From: Pseudogymnoascus verrucosus | Lineage: Eukaryota | NCBI GenBank assembly: GCA_001662655.1 | Contig: KV460225.1 | DNA: 64,000 nucleotides | Reading direction: 5' to 3' (one strand) | The notes under the pieces: generated by a model | The model's input: the letters and a program-made list of their open reading frames with translations, nothing else | Told to the model about the DNA's origin: nothing | The model's database searches: none | Shown: in pieces, positions 62,282 to 64,000 of the stretch | Layout: the number at the start of each line of letters is the position of its first letter | How positions within the stretch are numbered: position 1 is the stretch's first letter | Program-made: the position numbers and the translations under genes

Positions 62282-64000
62282 ATGGTTCCTTCGACCGTGT
62301 TCCTACTGGCCTCGCTCGTGCCGATCGCAGCTGCGGTTAAGCACGTCGAGAAGCCAACCGTCTTTGTTTATGTCTGCGGGGATGAAACATCGACTAGCTT
62401 CCCCGGCGATCATGCCTCAACGAGAAGACCTGCGTTATCTTCCAGCGGCGTTGCCAGTGGTGTCGATAGCACCACCGCGCCCGGCTCGTTCCTGACCAGC
62501 ACCACGATCGGCGATGCGACCAGCACATCTATAAGTATAGAGCTGTCGACTGAATCAGCTTCGCCAACTGATTCGGCTTCGTCGACTGATTCGGATTCGT
62601 CAACTGATTCGGCTTCGTCAACTGATTCGGACTCGTCAACTATTGTCGAGACTCCCACCAGCAGTGTTATCACCACTACCGGCAGCACCGTCTCCTCCAC
62701 GTCCGAAGCACCAACGAGCTCCGCGACCACCCTCCCTCCCACTCCAATGAGTTGCGCCAACGCGCAGCTGAGCTGCCACAACACGACCGCTGTTGCCGAC
62801 CTCTGCTGCTTCAATGCTCCCGGAGGACAGCTGCTCCTGACCCAGTTCTGGGACACTGCCCCCAGCACCGGTAATTATTAGCCTGGTCTCCTGTCCTCAG
62901 TAACGCCTGCTGACACCCCCAGGTCCTGCTGATGCGTGGACCATCCACGGCCTCTGGCCTGATCGTTGCGACGGCACCTACGATGCCAACTGTGATGCGT
63001 CGCGCGAATACACAAACATCACTGCTATCCTGAACTCGTTCGGCAAGACGGACCTGCTCACTTACATGGACACCAACTGGAAGGATTACCAGGGCAATGA
63101 CGAGAGTTTCTGGGAGCACGAGTGGGGCAAGCACGGAACTTGCATCAGCACTCTCGATACGACGTGCTATGACAACTACAAGCCCCAAACCGAGGTTGTG
63201 GATTACTTTGAGAAGGCCGTCGAGCTTAACAAGGGATTGAACAGCTACAAGGTAAGCAGAACTCAGAAAAACGCAATACGCTTGTTCTAAATACCGTTAC
63301 AGATTCTCGCCGACGCTGGCATTACTCCATCTCAAACTGCCACCTACACGCTTATCCAGATCCAGAACGCACTCAAGGCTGCCCACGGATTCGTCCCAAC
63401 ACTGGGATGCAAGAGCGGCGTTCTGCAGGAGATCTGGTACCACTACAACGTTCTCGGCAGTGTTCAAACCGGCCAATTCGTCCCAACTGAGCCAGGTACT
63501 GCCCCATCTTCCAACAACCCCCGATCCTTTTCCATTCGCGGACACTAACAAGACACCAGATGGAACCAAGTCCACCTGCCCCGCCACCGGCGTCAAGTAC
63601 CTCGTCAAGTACGCCACTGGCACCCCTTCTGGCACCGCGACCGCACCAGCCCCAACTGGAACTGGTGCTCCTTTCTCTGGCAAGGGTTTCCTCCAGGCCT
63701 ACACCAGCGGATCTAACAAGGGCTGCCTGATCGGCGCTGGCACCTGGTACACCACTGGCACATGTGCTGGATACACCGCCACTGAATCTGGCGCCGGATT
63801 TACGCTCAAGTCCAGCAAGGGAGACTGCGGTATTGTTGACAGCGTGTTCACATGCGCGGCTGGCGTTACACCGTCGGTTTTCACTGTATGTTATCACTCT
63901 TGTTGGCCTATTGATCTCTAGCGATACTCTGTACTGACATATTCATAGGATTCTGCTGGTCTTTTGGCCTACGAGGGATCTTCTAACTTCTACACCACTG
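62282..64000 (+). CDS. Secreted ribonuclease T2 with Ser/Thr-rich N-terminal linker and C-terminal extension (runs off window)
   Basis: CAS I WTIHGLWPD and CAS II FWEHEWGKHGTC; signal peptide; TDS(A/D)SS repeats. Confidence 0.93.

Overview
Fungal (Pezizomycotina) genomic DNA with short GT-AG introns. The standout feature is a dispersed 5S rRNA gene (minus strand) cut in two by a 4.5-kb insert. Nt 1-34 lie at 12237-12204 and nt 20-119 at 7714-7615. An exact 15-bp direct repeat (GATGCCCAATTCTCT) flanks the insert, with imperfect inverted arms at its ends. Removing 4,504 bp restores a 119-nt 5S gene with intact helices I and II. The insert encodes no recognisable recombinase or transposase, only two convergent intron-containing genes: a HET-domain protein and a predicted pseudokinase with two C2H2 zinc fingers. 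This looks like a small non-autonomous 5S-targeting cassette, possibly for cell death or defence. The rest of the window holds xanthine dehydrogenase, a Fic-domain gene, an SPX protein, CENP-Q, AcuM/Rds2 and Spo22/Zip4. A group-V non-reducing PKS (anthraquinone-type) cluster follows, with a dead anthrone oxygenase and an adjacent arylamine N-acetyltransferase. The window ends with an FAD oxidase, a pectate lyase and an RNase T2. Exon boundaries were read by eye, and family calls come from motif recognition rather than database searches.
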